Assembly (NCBI GenBank): GCA_045863235.1
Contig: BTUM01000080.1
Coordinates: forward strand, 1-36,322
Source: Candidatus Xenobia bacterium
GTDB taxonomy: Bacteria; Vulcanimicrobiota; Xenobia; Xenobiales; QWHO01
Length of the DNA: 36,322 nt
Direction: 5' to 3'
The notes below the pieces were generated by a model. It had not been told where the DNA came from and did no database searches. It was given only the letters and a program-made list of their open reading frames with translations. This document shows, in pieces, positions 25,423-34,756 of the stretch; positions within the stretch are counted from its first letter, which is position 1, and the number at the start of each line of letters is the position of its first letter. The position numbers and the translations under genes were made by a program.

Positions 25423-27831
25423 ATGAGACGACGATGGCTGGTCTTGCTGATCACTCTGCTGGCGATAGGCTGCACCGGCCCCTCCGAGCCCGAGCCTGAT
25501 GCCTCGGCCAGCCGTCCCGAGTCGGCTCCGGTTGCCCAGGTCGCGCCGACCCGCGCGGACGAGAAGCTGCTCGAGGCGATTCTGAAGGGCACGGGCTATC
25601 CCAGTGAGTGGACGCGGCAACAGATCATCGAGCTGCGCGTCAGGGAGATGTTCGCCCGCGAGGATTATGCCGGTCTGGAGAAGTTGGCCGAGCGCTTGCG
25701 CTCGCGTCCTCCCGAGCCGGTGGTGGCCAACTACAGCCCCCTGGCGGTCTTCTATGAGGGCATCACCGACGGCCGGAAGATTCCCTATCGCTGGGGTGGA
25801 GCCGCCTACCGCTACCGGCGGTGGCTCCAGAAGTTTCCGGACTCGGACGTGGCCCGAAACGGCTATTGCCGTCTGCTCACCACCGGGGCTCTGATACGGA
25901 AGTCCCATCCCGATGACCGATCCACCGTTGATCTTGGGGCCACCGAGCAAATCGGGGAAGAGGTCGATCTTCTTGTGAGCGAGATCAAGCGTAAGGACGC
26001 CCAACTCGTCGACACGAAGCTCCTCATCGGGGCGGCCAAGGATAATAGAGGGAGCCAGCTGGAGCTGGCCGAGGGGATGTTCGCCGAGGCCCATGAGCGT
26101 GAGCCGGACAATACCGAGCCCTATTCCTTCATGGGTTCCTACCTGGCGATTCAGAGGCTGCCGCGCAACCAGTGGTGCGCCAGGCTGGCGGAAAGGCCGG
26201 AGGACTATGCTCAGGCCTTCATGACCACCAAGCTCGCCTATGACAATGTAGCCAGCCCCTTCATCTACAAGGAGTTCCTCTATCCTGAGCTGCTGCCGGC
26301 CCTGCGTGAGCTGCAGAAGAAACGACCCGACTCGCTCTACATTGCCAACACGATTGCCTGGATAGCGGGGTTGAAGGAGGACTATCAAACCGCCCGGATC
26401 GAGCTTGAAAAGATCGGGCGCTCACTCGACCCGGACGTCTTCAAGTCCACGGCTGACTTCATGAAGCTTCGCAGCCGCGCGGGCGTATCCGATCCGGATG
26501 GAACCCTTCCCACCGTCGTGGCGGTGACCTGGGAGAAGGATTTCTTTCCCGCACCCAATGAAGCCCACGTGCTTCCTTACCACTGGGTCTGCCTGCTGCG
26601 TCAGCATCGGTTTCTGGAGTTGGAGTCGCTGGCTGCAGCCTGTACGCCGGAGGTTCAGTATGACCTCTACGCATCCCTGGGCAAGTTCCAGCTCGACACG
26701 AAGAGCGAGCAAGAGGCCCGCCGCGACGACCTGGAAGCCTGGGTCGCCGAACGCCCCAAGTCGCCCCAGGCCCAATTGGCACTGGCGCAGTACTGGCTTC
26801 ACATGGGGTGGGAGGCCCGGGGAGGAGGTTATGCCGATACCGTGTCGCGTCAAGCGAACAAGTTGTTCCAGGATCGATTGGATAAGGCTGAGAAGGCGGT
26901 TGACAAAGCCGCCGACCTGGAAAGCAAGGATCTCGCCCTCTGGCTGACCCGGATCAGTCTTTACCAGGGCAAGGGGGACCCCCAGCGAATTCGAGCGGCT
27001 GCCCAGGAGGCCGCCGAGGCCTACCCCGACCGACTCGAGCCTTACACCTTCATGGTCCTTCCCTGTCTACCTCGATGGTACGGCGAGCCTGGCGACCTTC
27101 GCAAGCTGTCTGAGGAAGCGGTCAGAAAGACCCGGAAGGTGCTGGGCCAGGGCGCTGCGGCTGCCATCGGCCTGGAGGCCATGGACAGCGAGGGCATCGA
27201 GCTGGTGGCCTCGTCCACCCCGGGTCATCTGGACTGGAGGGCGATCGTGCAGGGAATGGCCGACCTGGAGGCACGCGGTAGAGCCATGACCAGGCAGCGC
27301 AACCAATTTGCCTATCGTGCCGTGCTCCTGAAGGACCGTGCCGCCGCCACCAGAGCCTTGAAGGCTCTTAAGCCGAGCGAAATCGACCTGTCGCTGTGGG
27401 GCACCGGTGAGCGCTTCGAGGCGGCCCGCGCCTGGGCCCAGGGCACCGGGCCCTGGCGGGAAGCGCCCCCCGAGGTCGAGGTTCTGCGGGCCGGCTTGAT
27501 GAATCCGAAGACCGGCGAGCTGACCAATGACAGGGTCATCCCCTGCAAGAAGGGTAGCCAGATCTGGATCGAGTACCGCGTGAAAGGCAATCCGGTGCGT
27601 CCCGTGAGCACGATCTCCACCTGGTCATTTCCGCGTATGAAGCATCCCCAGCAGGGAGCGCTGACGCAATTGCAGCAGCAGAAGACCTTCTTCCCCGATC
27701 ATTTGGCCCTCCCGCAGACCGATGGTTACATCCTGGAGTACCCCTATGAGCTGGTCGAGGGAGATTGGGAGTGGCAGTTGACCGACATGCGGGGAAATCC
27801 GCTGGCCCGGGCTCAGTTTCAGGTCAAGTAA
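25423..27831 (+). CDS. Lipoprotein with tandem DUF4034-like helical domains and a C-terminal DUF3859-like beta domain
   Basis: GGAGG RBS; lipobox LAIG|C; GWEARGGGYADTV and LPRWYG (DUF4034-like); YPYELVEGDW (DUF3859-like). Confidence 0.7.
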   Translation: MRRRWLVLLITLLAIGCTGPSEPEPDASASRPESAPVAQVAPTRADEKLLEAILKGTGYPSEWTRQQIIELRVREMFAREDYAGLEKLAERLRSRPPEPVVANYSPLAVFYEGITDGRKIPYRWGGAAYRYRRWLQKFPDSDVARNGYCRLLTTGALIRKSHPDDRSTVDLGATEQIGEEVDLLVSEIKRKDAQLVDTKLLIGAAKDNRGSQLELAEGMFAEAHEREPDNTEPYSFMGSYLAIQRLPRNQWCARLAERPEDYAQAFMTTKLAYDNVASPFIYKEFLYPELLPALRELQKKRPDSLYIANTIAWIAGLKEDYQTARIELEKIGRSLDPDVFKSTADFMKLRSRAGVSDPDGTLPTVVAVTWEKDFFPAPNEAHVLPYHWVCLLRQHRFLELESLAAACTPEVQYDLYASLGKFQLDTKSEQEARRDDLEAWVAERPKSPQAQLALAQYWLHMGWEARGGGYADTVSRQANKLFQDRLDKAEKAVDKAADLESKDLALWLTRISLYQGKGDPQRIRAAAQEAAEAYPDRLEPYTFMVLPCLPRWYGEPGDLRKLSEEAVRKTRKVLGQGAAAAIGLEAMDSEGIELVASSTPGHLDWRAIVQGMADLEARGRAMTRQRNQFAYRAVLLKDRAAATRALKALKPSEIDLSLWGTGERFEAARAWAQGTGPWREAPPEVEVLRAGLMNPKTGELTNDRVIPCKKGSQIWIEYRVKGNPVRPVSTISTWSFPRMKHPQQGALTQLQQQKTFFPDHLALPQTDGYILEYPYELVEGDWEWQLTDMRGNPLARAQFQVK

Positions 27832-28011
27832 TCGTGCCCCTCAGCGACCCTGGGGGAGCGCTCCCCGACGCGATCATGGACGACCAGAGCCTCAGCTGAC
27901 ATCCCTCCAGAAACGGGGCGGGGTTGCGCTCCTTCTCAAGGACATTTCCAGCTCGGGAGGCGTCCTCGGCAAGTCATGGCAAGAGACCTCTTGAAGAGAA
28001 CGAGCGGCGCC

Positions 28012-29436
28012 TTAGCCGCCCTTCAGGAACCCTAGCACGCCTTCTTTTTTCTCTTTGGAGGGCTTTTTCTCTTTGCCTGCCGGGGCGGGGGCGGCTTCCT
28101 TCTCGGGCGACGGCCCGACGGAGTCAACCGGCTCGCGCGGTTTGAGGGAAACCTCTCCGCAAGCTTCCACCTTGATGCCTGAAGCGATCTCAGCCGTGCT
28201 CATGACGGCCAGATCGGGGATGGCCCGATCGAGCAGGCGGCGCACGAAGACCCGGGTGGGCGGATCGGTGAAGAGAACCGGAGGATAGCCCGCGTCCTCG
28301 CGGGCGCGGCGCACCGAAACCACGAAATCGGCCGCCTCGTCCCGGGTGATTGCCAGCACCTGCCCGTGGTTGGTCTCCTGCACGGCCTTCATCAGTTGCC
28401 CCTCGGCCTCACTCGAAAGCGTCAGGCCGCGAAGGATTCCGTCTTCATTCAGGTTGCTCCAACAGATCTGGCGGGCCAGGCCCATCCGGCAGAACTCCAC
28501 CACCAGGTCGGTGCGGTCGAGCACGTCGAGATGGTCGCCGGACACCTCCAGAATGGTGACCAGATCGCGCACCGAGACCCGCTCGGACAACAGAGCTCGC
28601 AGCACCTTGCGCACATTGCGCAGGTTGCGCCGATCGGACAGGAAGTCTTCCACCAGCACCGGGTGGGTGCTGCGCAGGCGAGAGATCAGATCGAAGGTCT
28701 CTTGCAGACCCAGAAGCTCGGGACAGGCCGAAAGGATGATGTGCTTGATGTGGGTCATCAAGATGGCCAGCGGACCCAAGACCATGCAGCCGGACTGGTC
28801 GGCCTGCTCGCGCAGTTCCTGGGCGATCCACTTGGCGTTCATGCGGTGCACCGGCTCCACGGCAGCCCAGCCTTCCAGGGCGCTCAGGGCTTCGTGCGGA
28901 CCCAGGGCCAGCAAGCGATCGAGGAAGAGATCGCCCAGCGCGGTGGGGGAGTCTTTCACCTTGATGAGGTACTTGTTGGGATCAAGGCCCATGTTGTCGG
29001 AGATGCGTACCGAAGGGGTCACGATGCCGATCTCGCGGGCCACCTCCTCGCGCACCGCTTCGACCTTGGCCATCAGCGGGGCTCCGTGCTGCGGGTCGGC
29101 CAGGGGCAACAGGGCTCGCCCCAACTCGACCACCAGGGGATCCTGGTAGACGTAGGGGTCGGTGCCGGGCTCGGACTTGCCATCGAAGCTGAGCTGCAAC
29201 TCCCCTTCCACGGCCCAGCCCTCGTTGACCAGCCGCATCAAGCCCTGTTGCACTTCGGCCTGAAGCTGGTAGTGGCTGCCCACATACAAAAGGGCCTGCT
29301 CTTCCCCGCGGGTCAGCTTGATGTAGACTTGCTGGCCCTTTTCGTCGCGTCGCCAGGGGGCAAAGGGAGCGTAGAGCTCGCCGATGCGGAAAAAGCGCAG
29401 GCACTCCTGCAGCTCCTCAGGACGGTTGCGAGCCAT
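28012..29436 (-). CDS. FHIPEP-family protein: FlhA cytoplasmic domain without the transmembrane domain
   Basis: DPLVVELGRALLPL, EIGIVTPSVRISDN, ELLGLQET, LLSERVSVRDLVTILE, LARQI, AVMSTAEI; the ~97-aa N-terminus is hydrophilic; GAGGAGG RBS. Confidence 0.88.
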   Translation of the reverse strand: MARNRPEELQECLRFFRIGELYAPFAPWRRDEKGQQVYIKLTRGEEQALLYVGSHYQLQAEVQQGLMRLVNEGWAVEGELQLSFDGKSEPGTDPYVYQDPLVVELGRALLPLADPQHGAPLMAKVEAVREEVAREIGIVTPSVRISDNMGLDPNKYLIKVKDSPTALGDLFLDRLLALGPHEALSALEGWAAVEPVHRMNAKWIAQELREQADQSGCMVLGPLAILMTHIKHIILSACPELLGLQETFDLISRLRSTHPVLVEDFLSDRRNLRNVRKVLRALLSERVSVRDLVTILEVSGDHLDVLDRTDLVVEFCRMGLARQICWSNLNEDGILRGLTLSSEAEGQLMKAVQETNHGQVLAITRDEAADFVVSVRRAREDAGYPPVLFTDPPTRVFVRRLLDRAIPDLAVMSTAEIASGIKVEACGEVSLKPREPVDSVGPSPEKEAAPAPAGKEKKPSKEKKEGVLGFLKGG

Positions 29437-29437
29437 G

Positions 29438-29962
29438 TTAGCCCTCCTCGCTGGCAGCCGGACTGGGCGTAGCCGGCGGCTGATCCTCGCCGGCGGCTGG
29501 CTCGGGGCTGGCCGGCGGAAGCTCGAGCGGGCCCTCGTGCACGATCATCTGCACCTTGCCCTCGGGCGAGGTCTTGAGTTGAAAACCGTACTTCTCCTTG
29601 AAGCGTGCCGCCATGGCCGGGTCGTCCACGGTGGTCACGTTGCCGCTCACGTTGAGCTTGGCGCTGTCAAGCTGCTTGAGCTTCTCCGAGCTGAGGGGGG
29701 CTTTGACCAGGATTCCCTGATCGACCTGCGTCGGACTGAGCATCACGAAGAAAGAGACGTCGGGCGTCTTGATATCGGCGGGAAGGTCGGCTTCGTCCAG
29801 GCCCAGCAAGGCCGTTCCGCGCAAATTCTCAACTCTCTCGGGAATCTTCTCCTGGCCCTGGAATTCGACGTTGGCCAGCGGCGGAGCCGCCGACGAGGAG
29901 CACCCGAAGGAAAGAGTCAGGCTCAAAATCAAGCAAACAAGCGCAAAACGGGAAGCTTTCAT
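29438..29962 (-). CDS. Hypothetical lipoprotein
   Basis: MKASRFALVCLILSLTLSFG|C lipobox-like signal; stop 1 nt before the FHIPEP gene start. Confidence 0.75.
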   Translation of the reverse strand: MKASRFALVCLILSLTLSFGCSSSAAPPLANVEFQGQEKIPERVENLRGTALLGLDEADLPADIKTPDVSFFVMLSPTQVDQGILVKAPLSSEKLKQLDSAKLNVSGNVTTVDDPAMAARFKEKYGFQLKTSPEGKVQMIVHEGPLELPPASPEPAAGEDQPPATPSPAASEEG

Positions 29963-30059
29963 AGCCCCTGCCTATTCCTGCCCCCGGGAGGGATTCCTTT
30001 CAGCTGGCCGGTCCAACGGGCCACAGGAACCGCTTTTTGGCTCGCCGAAACAGGACAGG

Positions 30060-31754
30060 ATGGCAGAATTCTTAAGCCTGGAAGAAGCCGCTGTTCGACT
30101 GGGCATCTCCGAGGGAACCATGCGGGCCTGGGTCAAGCGCGGGACTGCACGCGTCACCCGACGCGCGGGCGCCGATTGGATTCGCGAGCGCGAGGTCGAG
30201 CGCTTGCTGGAGGAGTTCCCTCGCAACGGCGATGCGATGAGCTCGGGCGAGAATCTAACCGCGGTGCGCGTGCCCCCCCCGCCCCCTTTGCCTCCTCCGG
30301 GCCCGGCTCCGGCGCCTGTGCTGGAGCCGGGGGAAGAGTCGGGCGGATTTCTCACTTCCCGGCGCGAGCGCCTGGCGCCTCGCAGCATCGAGGCCCCCGG
30401 CTCGGTCGAGCGTCCCGCCCTGCAGCTCCAGCGACCGAGCAGCGGCGAGACGGACGAACTGCGACGCGAGCTCGAGAGCATGCGCCAGCGGGCCGAAGAG
30501 GCCGAGGCCCGGGAGCGGGCTCTGGAGGAGCGTCTGCGCAGCCGCGATCGCGAGGTCGTCGAGCTGCAGCATCAGCTCGAGGCGGCCCTGGCAGACGATC
30601 GGATCGAGGAGATGGAGGCTCGCCTCTACGAGTCCGACCGGATCATCGAAGGTCTGCGCGAGGAGCACAAGCGCGTTCGCGAGGAGGCTGCCCTGAGCGA
30701 GTCGCTGCAGCAGAAAGCTCTGTCCGAGCTCGAGAACCTGCGTAACGACATGAACCGCCTGCGCAGCGAGCGCGATCGATTGCGCGATGGCCAGATCTCC
30801 CTCAACGAGCTGGAGATGCAGGTCGAGGAGTCCATTCGCGACCGGGACAGCCTGCAGGCCACCCTTGAGAAGATGGAAGCCGAGACGCAGAAAGCTCTGG
30901 AGCGCGCTCGCAATGAAGGCGAGACGGCTCGGATTTTGCAGACCCGCGTTGACGAGTTGGAGGAAGAGCTGTCTCGCACCCGGGCTTCGCTGCGCCAGCT
31001 CGAGGTCGACTATGCCAGCATGAAGGGTGAGATGACCGAGCTCGATGAGCTCGAGAACCTGCGCGAGGATCTGCGCACCCTCCAGAAGACCGCCCTCAAG
31101 CTGGAGACCGAGCGGGCTCGGTTGATCAACGACGCGGCCAGTCTGCGCTCGGAGTCCGAGGACGCCCGCAAGCGTATTCAGGAGGCCGAGGAACGGCGCG
31201 CCCGGGCCGAAGACGAGGTGAAAGGCCTGCGCCAGAAGTTCCACGAGGAGCTGCGCCAGGTGGAAGAGCGCTATGCCAGGGCTCAGTCTCGCGTCGAGAC
31301 GCTCGAGGGCCACATGCAGTCGGTCGAGAAGCGTCAGGAGGACCGCGCTGCCTCCATCCTGGAGGAGAATCGTCGCTTGAAGGACGAGCTAAAGAGCTTC
31401 CAGCTTCGCTTGCAGGCCGAGCCGGTCGTCCCTGTGGGCAGTATCGAGGACACCCGCGCGCTGATGAACCGGGTAGCCGAGTTGGAGTCGGCCATGGAAG
31501 AGAAGGATCGCATGGTCGAGCAGGCCTTCCACGACCGCAGCGAGCTTCGCAACCAGCTGGAAGCCTACAAGCAGCACTTCTATGAGCTGCAGCAACGCTA
31601 CGAGCGCGAGAAGAGCGAGTGGTCCAACCTGGTGGCCCACGAGTTCCAGCGGCGGGGCAATGAGACCATGATGATGCAGCAGCCTCCGGCTCCCGACCCC
31701 AAGTCGACCAAACCCAAAGGCTGGGGACTGTTTCGCCCCCGTAGCGACACCTGA
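30060..31754 (+). CDS. Excisionase/MerR-like HTH protein with long coiled coil
   Basis: FLSLEEAAVRLGISEGTMRAWVKRG, Pro-rich linker, ~400 aa of E/R/L heptads, tail KPKGWGLFR. Confidence 0.85.
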   Translation: MAEFLSLEEAAVRLGISEGTMRAWVKRGTARVTRRAGADWIREREVERLLEEFPRNGDAMSSGENLTAVRVPPPPPLPPPGPAPAPVLEPGEESGGFLTSRRERLAPRSIEAPGSVERPALQLQRPSSGETDELRRELESMRQRAEEAEARERALEERLRSRDREVVELQHQLEAALADDRIEEMEARLYESDRIIEGLREEHKRVREEAALSESLQQKALSELENLRNDMNRLRSERDRLRDGQISLNELEMQVEESIRDRDSLQATLEKMEAETQKALERARNEGETARILQTRVDELEEELSRTRASLRQLEVDYASMKGEMTELDELENLREDLRTLQKTALKLETERARLINDAASLRSESEDARKRIQEAEERRARAEDEVKGLRQKFHEELRQVEERYARAQSRVETLEGHMQSVEKRQEDRAASILEENRRLKDELKSFQLRLQAEPVVPVGSIEDTRALMNRVAELESAMEEKDRMVEQAFHDRSELRNQLEAYKQHFYELQQRYEREKSEWSNLVAHEFQRRGNETMMMQQPPAPDPKSTKPKGWGLFRPRSDT

Positions 31755-32101
31755 GCTCGCGCTGGTTCGCGCTGGGCGCCCTCTTGGCGGCGATGGGAGT
31801 GGCCGCAGGGGCTTTCGGGGCGCACGGTCTGAAGCAGCATCTGTCCCCTGACCGCCTGGCCATCTACGAGACGGCCGCTCGCTATCACCAGTGGACCGCG
31901 CTGGGCCTGATGCTGGCCGCTCGCTCTCCCGGTCGTGCTCTCTTGCTGGCCGGAGGGGTCATCTTCTGTGGCAGCCTCTACTTGCTGAGCCTCACCGGCC
32001 ATCGCTGGCTGGGGGCGGTCGCGCCGGTGGGAGGGTCGCTCTTGATCGCCGGCTGGCTGCGAGTGGCCTGGGCCGCCTTCAAGGAGCGAGCGGCTACCTG
32101 A
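31751..32101 (+). CDS. DUF423 (YgdD/TMEM256) small membrane protein
   Basis: GAFGAHGLK, YETAARYH, IFCGSLYLL, GAVAPVGG; start is either CTG 31751 or TTG 31784. Confidence 0.9.
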   Translation: MSSRWFALGALLAAMGVAAGAFGAHGLKQHLSPDRLAIYETAARYHQWTALGLMLAARSPGRALLLAGGVIFCGSLYLLSLTGHRWLGAVAPVGGSLLIAGWLRVAWAAFKERAAT

Positions 32102-32438
32102 TGCGGGACTTTCCGTCCGGCTCGAGCACCAGCGTGGTAGCGGTGATCAGGTCGACCTCGCGCCACTCGAGCTTGTTGCCCTTCTCGTCTTGAGCTCGCA
32201 CGTTCCACTTGGGGGCCTGGTTCTCGGTGTCGAACATGACCAGCCGATCCTGGCCCGTGGCCACGGTCTGGGTCCGAAGCAGGTCCTCGCTCCACTCTTC
32301 CGTCTCGACGGGAGCCACGCGCAGGTCGCGCAGCTCGGCCCCGGTCCGATTGAGGAGCAAGAAGTCCTGGTCGTCGGCGAGGGCCGAAGTGGCCCCCATG
32401 ATCAGTAGGAATGCTGTGAATAGAGCCTTTCGCATCAT
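32094..32438 (-). CDS. Small secreted beta-sandwich hypothetical protein
   Basis: Signal peptide MMRKALFTAFLLIMGATSALA, then QDFLLLNRTG...VAP...WSEDLL. Confidence 0.75.
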   Translation of the reverse strand: MMRKALFTAFLLIMGATSALADDQDFLLLNRTGAELRDLRVAPVETEEWSEDLLRTQTVATGQDRLVMFDTENQAPKWNVRAQDEKGNKLEWREVDLITATTLVLEPDGKSRIR

Positions 32439-32551
32439 GCCGGGCCCTTCGGGAGGGGGGTCGCCTTCCCTGCGGGAATCGCTCATCATGCTCTCGGGAG
32501 CCGGGCCTCCTGGAGTCCAGCCCAACCCGAGAGAGGGAGGAGGGGACCACC

Positions 32552-34756
32552 ATGCTCGAGTTGATTCCTGACCGCAACGGGTTGGCCACCGACCAGCCGT
32601 GCACGGTGGACCTGCTGGTTCGCATCCTGCCACCGACGCCGGCGCGCCAGGAGCGAACCCTCTTGAACCTGACGCTGGTGCTCGATCGCAGTGGCTCCAT
32701 GGCCGGCGCCAAGCTGGATCTGACGCGCCAGGCAGCCTCCCTGGCGGTCAAATCTCTGTCCGATCAGGACCGATTCAGCGTGGTGCTGTTCGACGACCGG
32801 GTGGACACCCTGGTACCCTCAGCCCCCCTCAATGACAAGCCCAGGGTTCTCAAGCTGATCGAAGGGCTGAATACGGGAGGCTCTACGGCTTTGTTCGCCG
32901 GCTGGCAATCGGGCGGCGACCAGGCCCTGAAGGGATTGGAGGCCAGGCGAGTCAATCGGGTCGTGCTCCTCACCGATGGCCAGGCCAACGTGGGGGAAAC
33001 CAATCCCGACGCCATTTGCCACGCTGTCCACCAGCTGGCCGAGAAGGGCGTGCAGACCACCACCATCGGCTTTGGGCGCGACTATAACGAGACGCTGCTT
33101 CGTTCGATGGCCTCGAGCGGAGAGGGCAACCACTTCTTCGTGGAGCGCCCCGAGCAATTGCCCTCCTGCTTCGAGGTCGAGCTGGGCGGACTGGTGGCCA
33201 CGCTGGGCCGTCGGGTGCGACTGGAGCTCAAGCCTTTACGGTCGGGCGTGGTGGTGGAGCCACTGGCCGATTTGGAGAAGCATCCCGATGGAGGCTACAA
33301 GCTGGCTGACCTGGTGGCTGGCTGGCCGATGGAGCAGGTGTTCCGTGTCACGGTCCCGGCCCAGACCGGCAAGAAGCCACCTCTGGAGGTGGTGCTCAGG
33401 TGGGAAGACGTGGCCGAGAGTCGCGACCGGAGCCTGGAGGCGCCTCTCAAGCTTCCCGCCATGACCTTTGAGGAGCGCCAGTCGCTGCCTCTGGATCGCG
33501 ACGTGGAGCTGCAGGTAGGCGTTGCCATGGCTGCCCGGGCACGCCTGGAAGCCATGGACGTGATGCGTCAGGGCGACCGGGCGGCGGCCACGCGAATCCT
33601 GCGAAGCGCCTTGACGAGCTACAAGCTACCCGACATGCAACGCGCCGAGCTCGAGGATCTGGCCCGCACGACCGAACGGGGCGATACTTCCTCGAGCCTC
33701 AAGAAGGGCGCCATGCAGAGCTACTCCTACAGCAAGGGGAGCGTCACCATGTCGAGCTTGGGCGGCATCATCAAACTGATGAAGTACCTGGGGAGAGGGA
33801 TCGACCTTCAGCGTGGTCCCCTCTTCAGCGAACTGCCCTCGGAAGGAGATCGACCTTGGAGCCGGGTGGCCGGGATGCTGACCGGGCTTTACCACGGCGA
33901 GCGCCTCGGTCGGCCGGCGGGGGCGGTGCGCGGCGAGGCCTCGGTGCTGACCGCCCTCACCCTGGCCAGCATCGGCCAGGACAAGCTGGACGATCCGAGT
34001 GTCATGCTGGGCAGCATGTTCGAGCCCTACGACCTGGCCAGGGTCTTCGTGAATGCCCCGGTGGATGGCCCCGGGGGAGGGTTGAGGGCCCTGCGCTCAA
34101 CCTTTGACCCGACTCGAGGGCTCCTTTACGACGCCCGCTCGGCCGGTTGCGGAGCCCTGCAGAGGGCGGCCGCCTTCCTGGTGCCTCACGCCAGCTGTCC
34201 CATGGGCAAACCGATGAGTGCTCTCTGGGTGGACGTCACCTTCGGCACCGCGCTGACCCACAACGAATCGGCTGCGCTGGCGGCCAGCCTGGGCTGGGCC
34301 CGCATTCTGTGGGAGCTTTTGGCATCCCCGGCGCCGCCGTTGAGCGGCAGCTGGTACCTGGATACCTTCCTGGACACCCTGCGCGAGCTGGAGATGGACA
34401 AGCAATATGTGTGTCGCACCGGTCGCCTGGACGGCTGGAAGGGCAAACTTTCCGACTTCGTGCGCGAGGCGGTGCAGCAGGCGCGGGCCGAGCGCCAGCC
34501 GGCCGAGCTGGCCCTGGAATCATGGGGGCAGGGGGCCTATCTGCTCGAGGTGATGCCCGGGATTCTCTACCTGCTCGAATGTCTCGGGGACGACCCGGCC
34601 CGCGCCCTGGCAGCCGCTCCCCCGGGGGGCTGGATGGGAGCTCTCGTGGGGGCAGCCATGGGGGCGCTCCACGGGGCCCAGAGCGACTGGCAGCTCGAGC
34701 CCGACCAGGAGGACTCTCTGGAGGAGGCGCGCGTCCGTTTCGGCTATGCCAGCTGA
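32552..34756 (+). CDS. VWA-domain protein fused to a degenerate ADP-ribosylglycohydrolase domain
   Basis: GGAGG RBS; MIDAS DRSGS...GGST...LLTDG; C-terminal SAGCGALQRAA, ALTHN, GAYLLEVMP, GALVGAAMGALHG. Confidence 0.8.
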   Translation: MLELIPDRNGLATDQPCTVDLLVRILPPTPARQERTLLNLTLVLDRSGSMAGAKLDLTRQAASLAVKSLSDQDRFSVVLFDDRVDTLVPSAPLNDKPRVLKLIEGLNTGGSTALFAGWQSGGDQALKGLEARRVNRVVLLTDGQANVGETNPDAICHAVHQLAEKGVQTTTIGFGRDYNETLLRSMASSGEGNHFFVERPEQLPSCFEVELGGLVATLGRRVRLELKPLRSGVVVEPLADLEKHPDGGYKLADLVAGWPMEQVFRVTVPAQTGKKPPLEVVLRWEDVAESRDRSLEAPLKLPAMTFEERQSLPLDRDVELQVGVAMAARARLEAMDVMRQGDRAAATRILRSALTSYKLPDMQRAELEDLARTTERGDTSSSLKKGAMQSYSYSKGSVTMSSLGGIIKLMKYLGRGIDLQRGPLFSELPSEGDRPWSRVAGMLTGLYHGERLGRPAGAVRGEASVLTALTLASIGQDKLDDPSVMLGSMFEPYDLARVFVNAPVDGPGGGLRALRSTFDPTRGLLYDARSAGCGALQRAAAFLVPHASCPMGKPMSALWVDVTFGTALTHNESAALAASLGWARILWELLASPAPPLSGSWYLDTFLDTLRELEMDKQYVCRTGRLDGWKGKLSDFVREAVQQARAERQPAELALESWGQGAYLLEVMPGILYLLECLGDDPARALAAAPPGGWMGALVGAAMGALHGAQSDWQLEPDQEDSLEEARVRFGYAS

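Noticed and set aside
27820..27905. 27-aa minus-strand ORF downstream of the FHIPEP gene
   Set aside because: The GGAGGG abuts the ATG with no spacer, the ORF is very short, and there is no other support
30060..30230. Excisionase indicating a prophage or integrative element
   Set aside because: The HTH is fused to a long coiled coil, and no integrase, att repeats or phage genes are nearby
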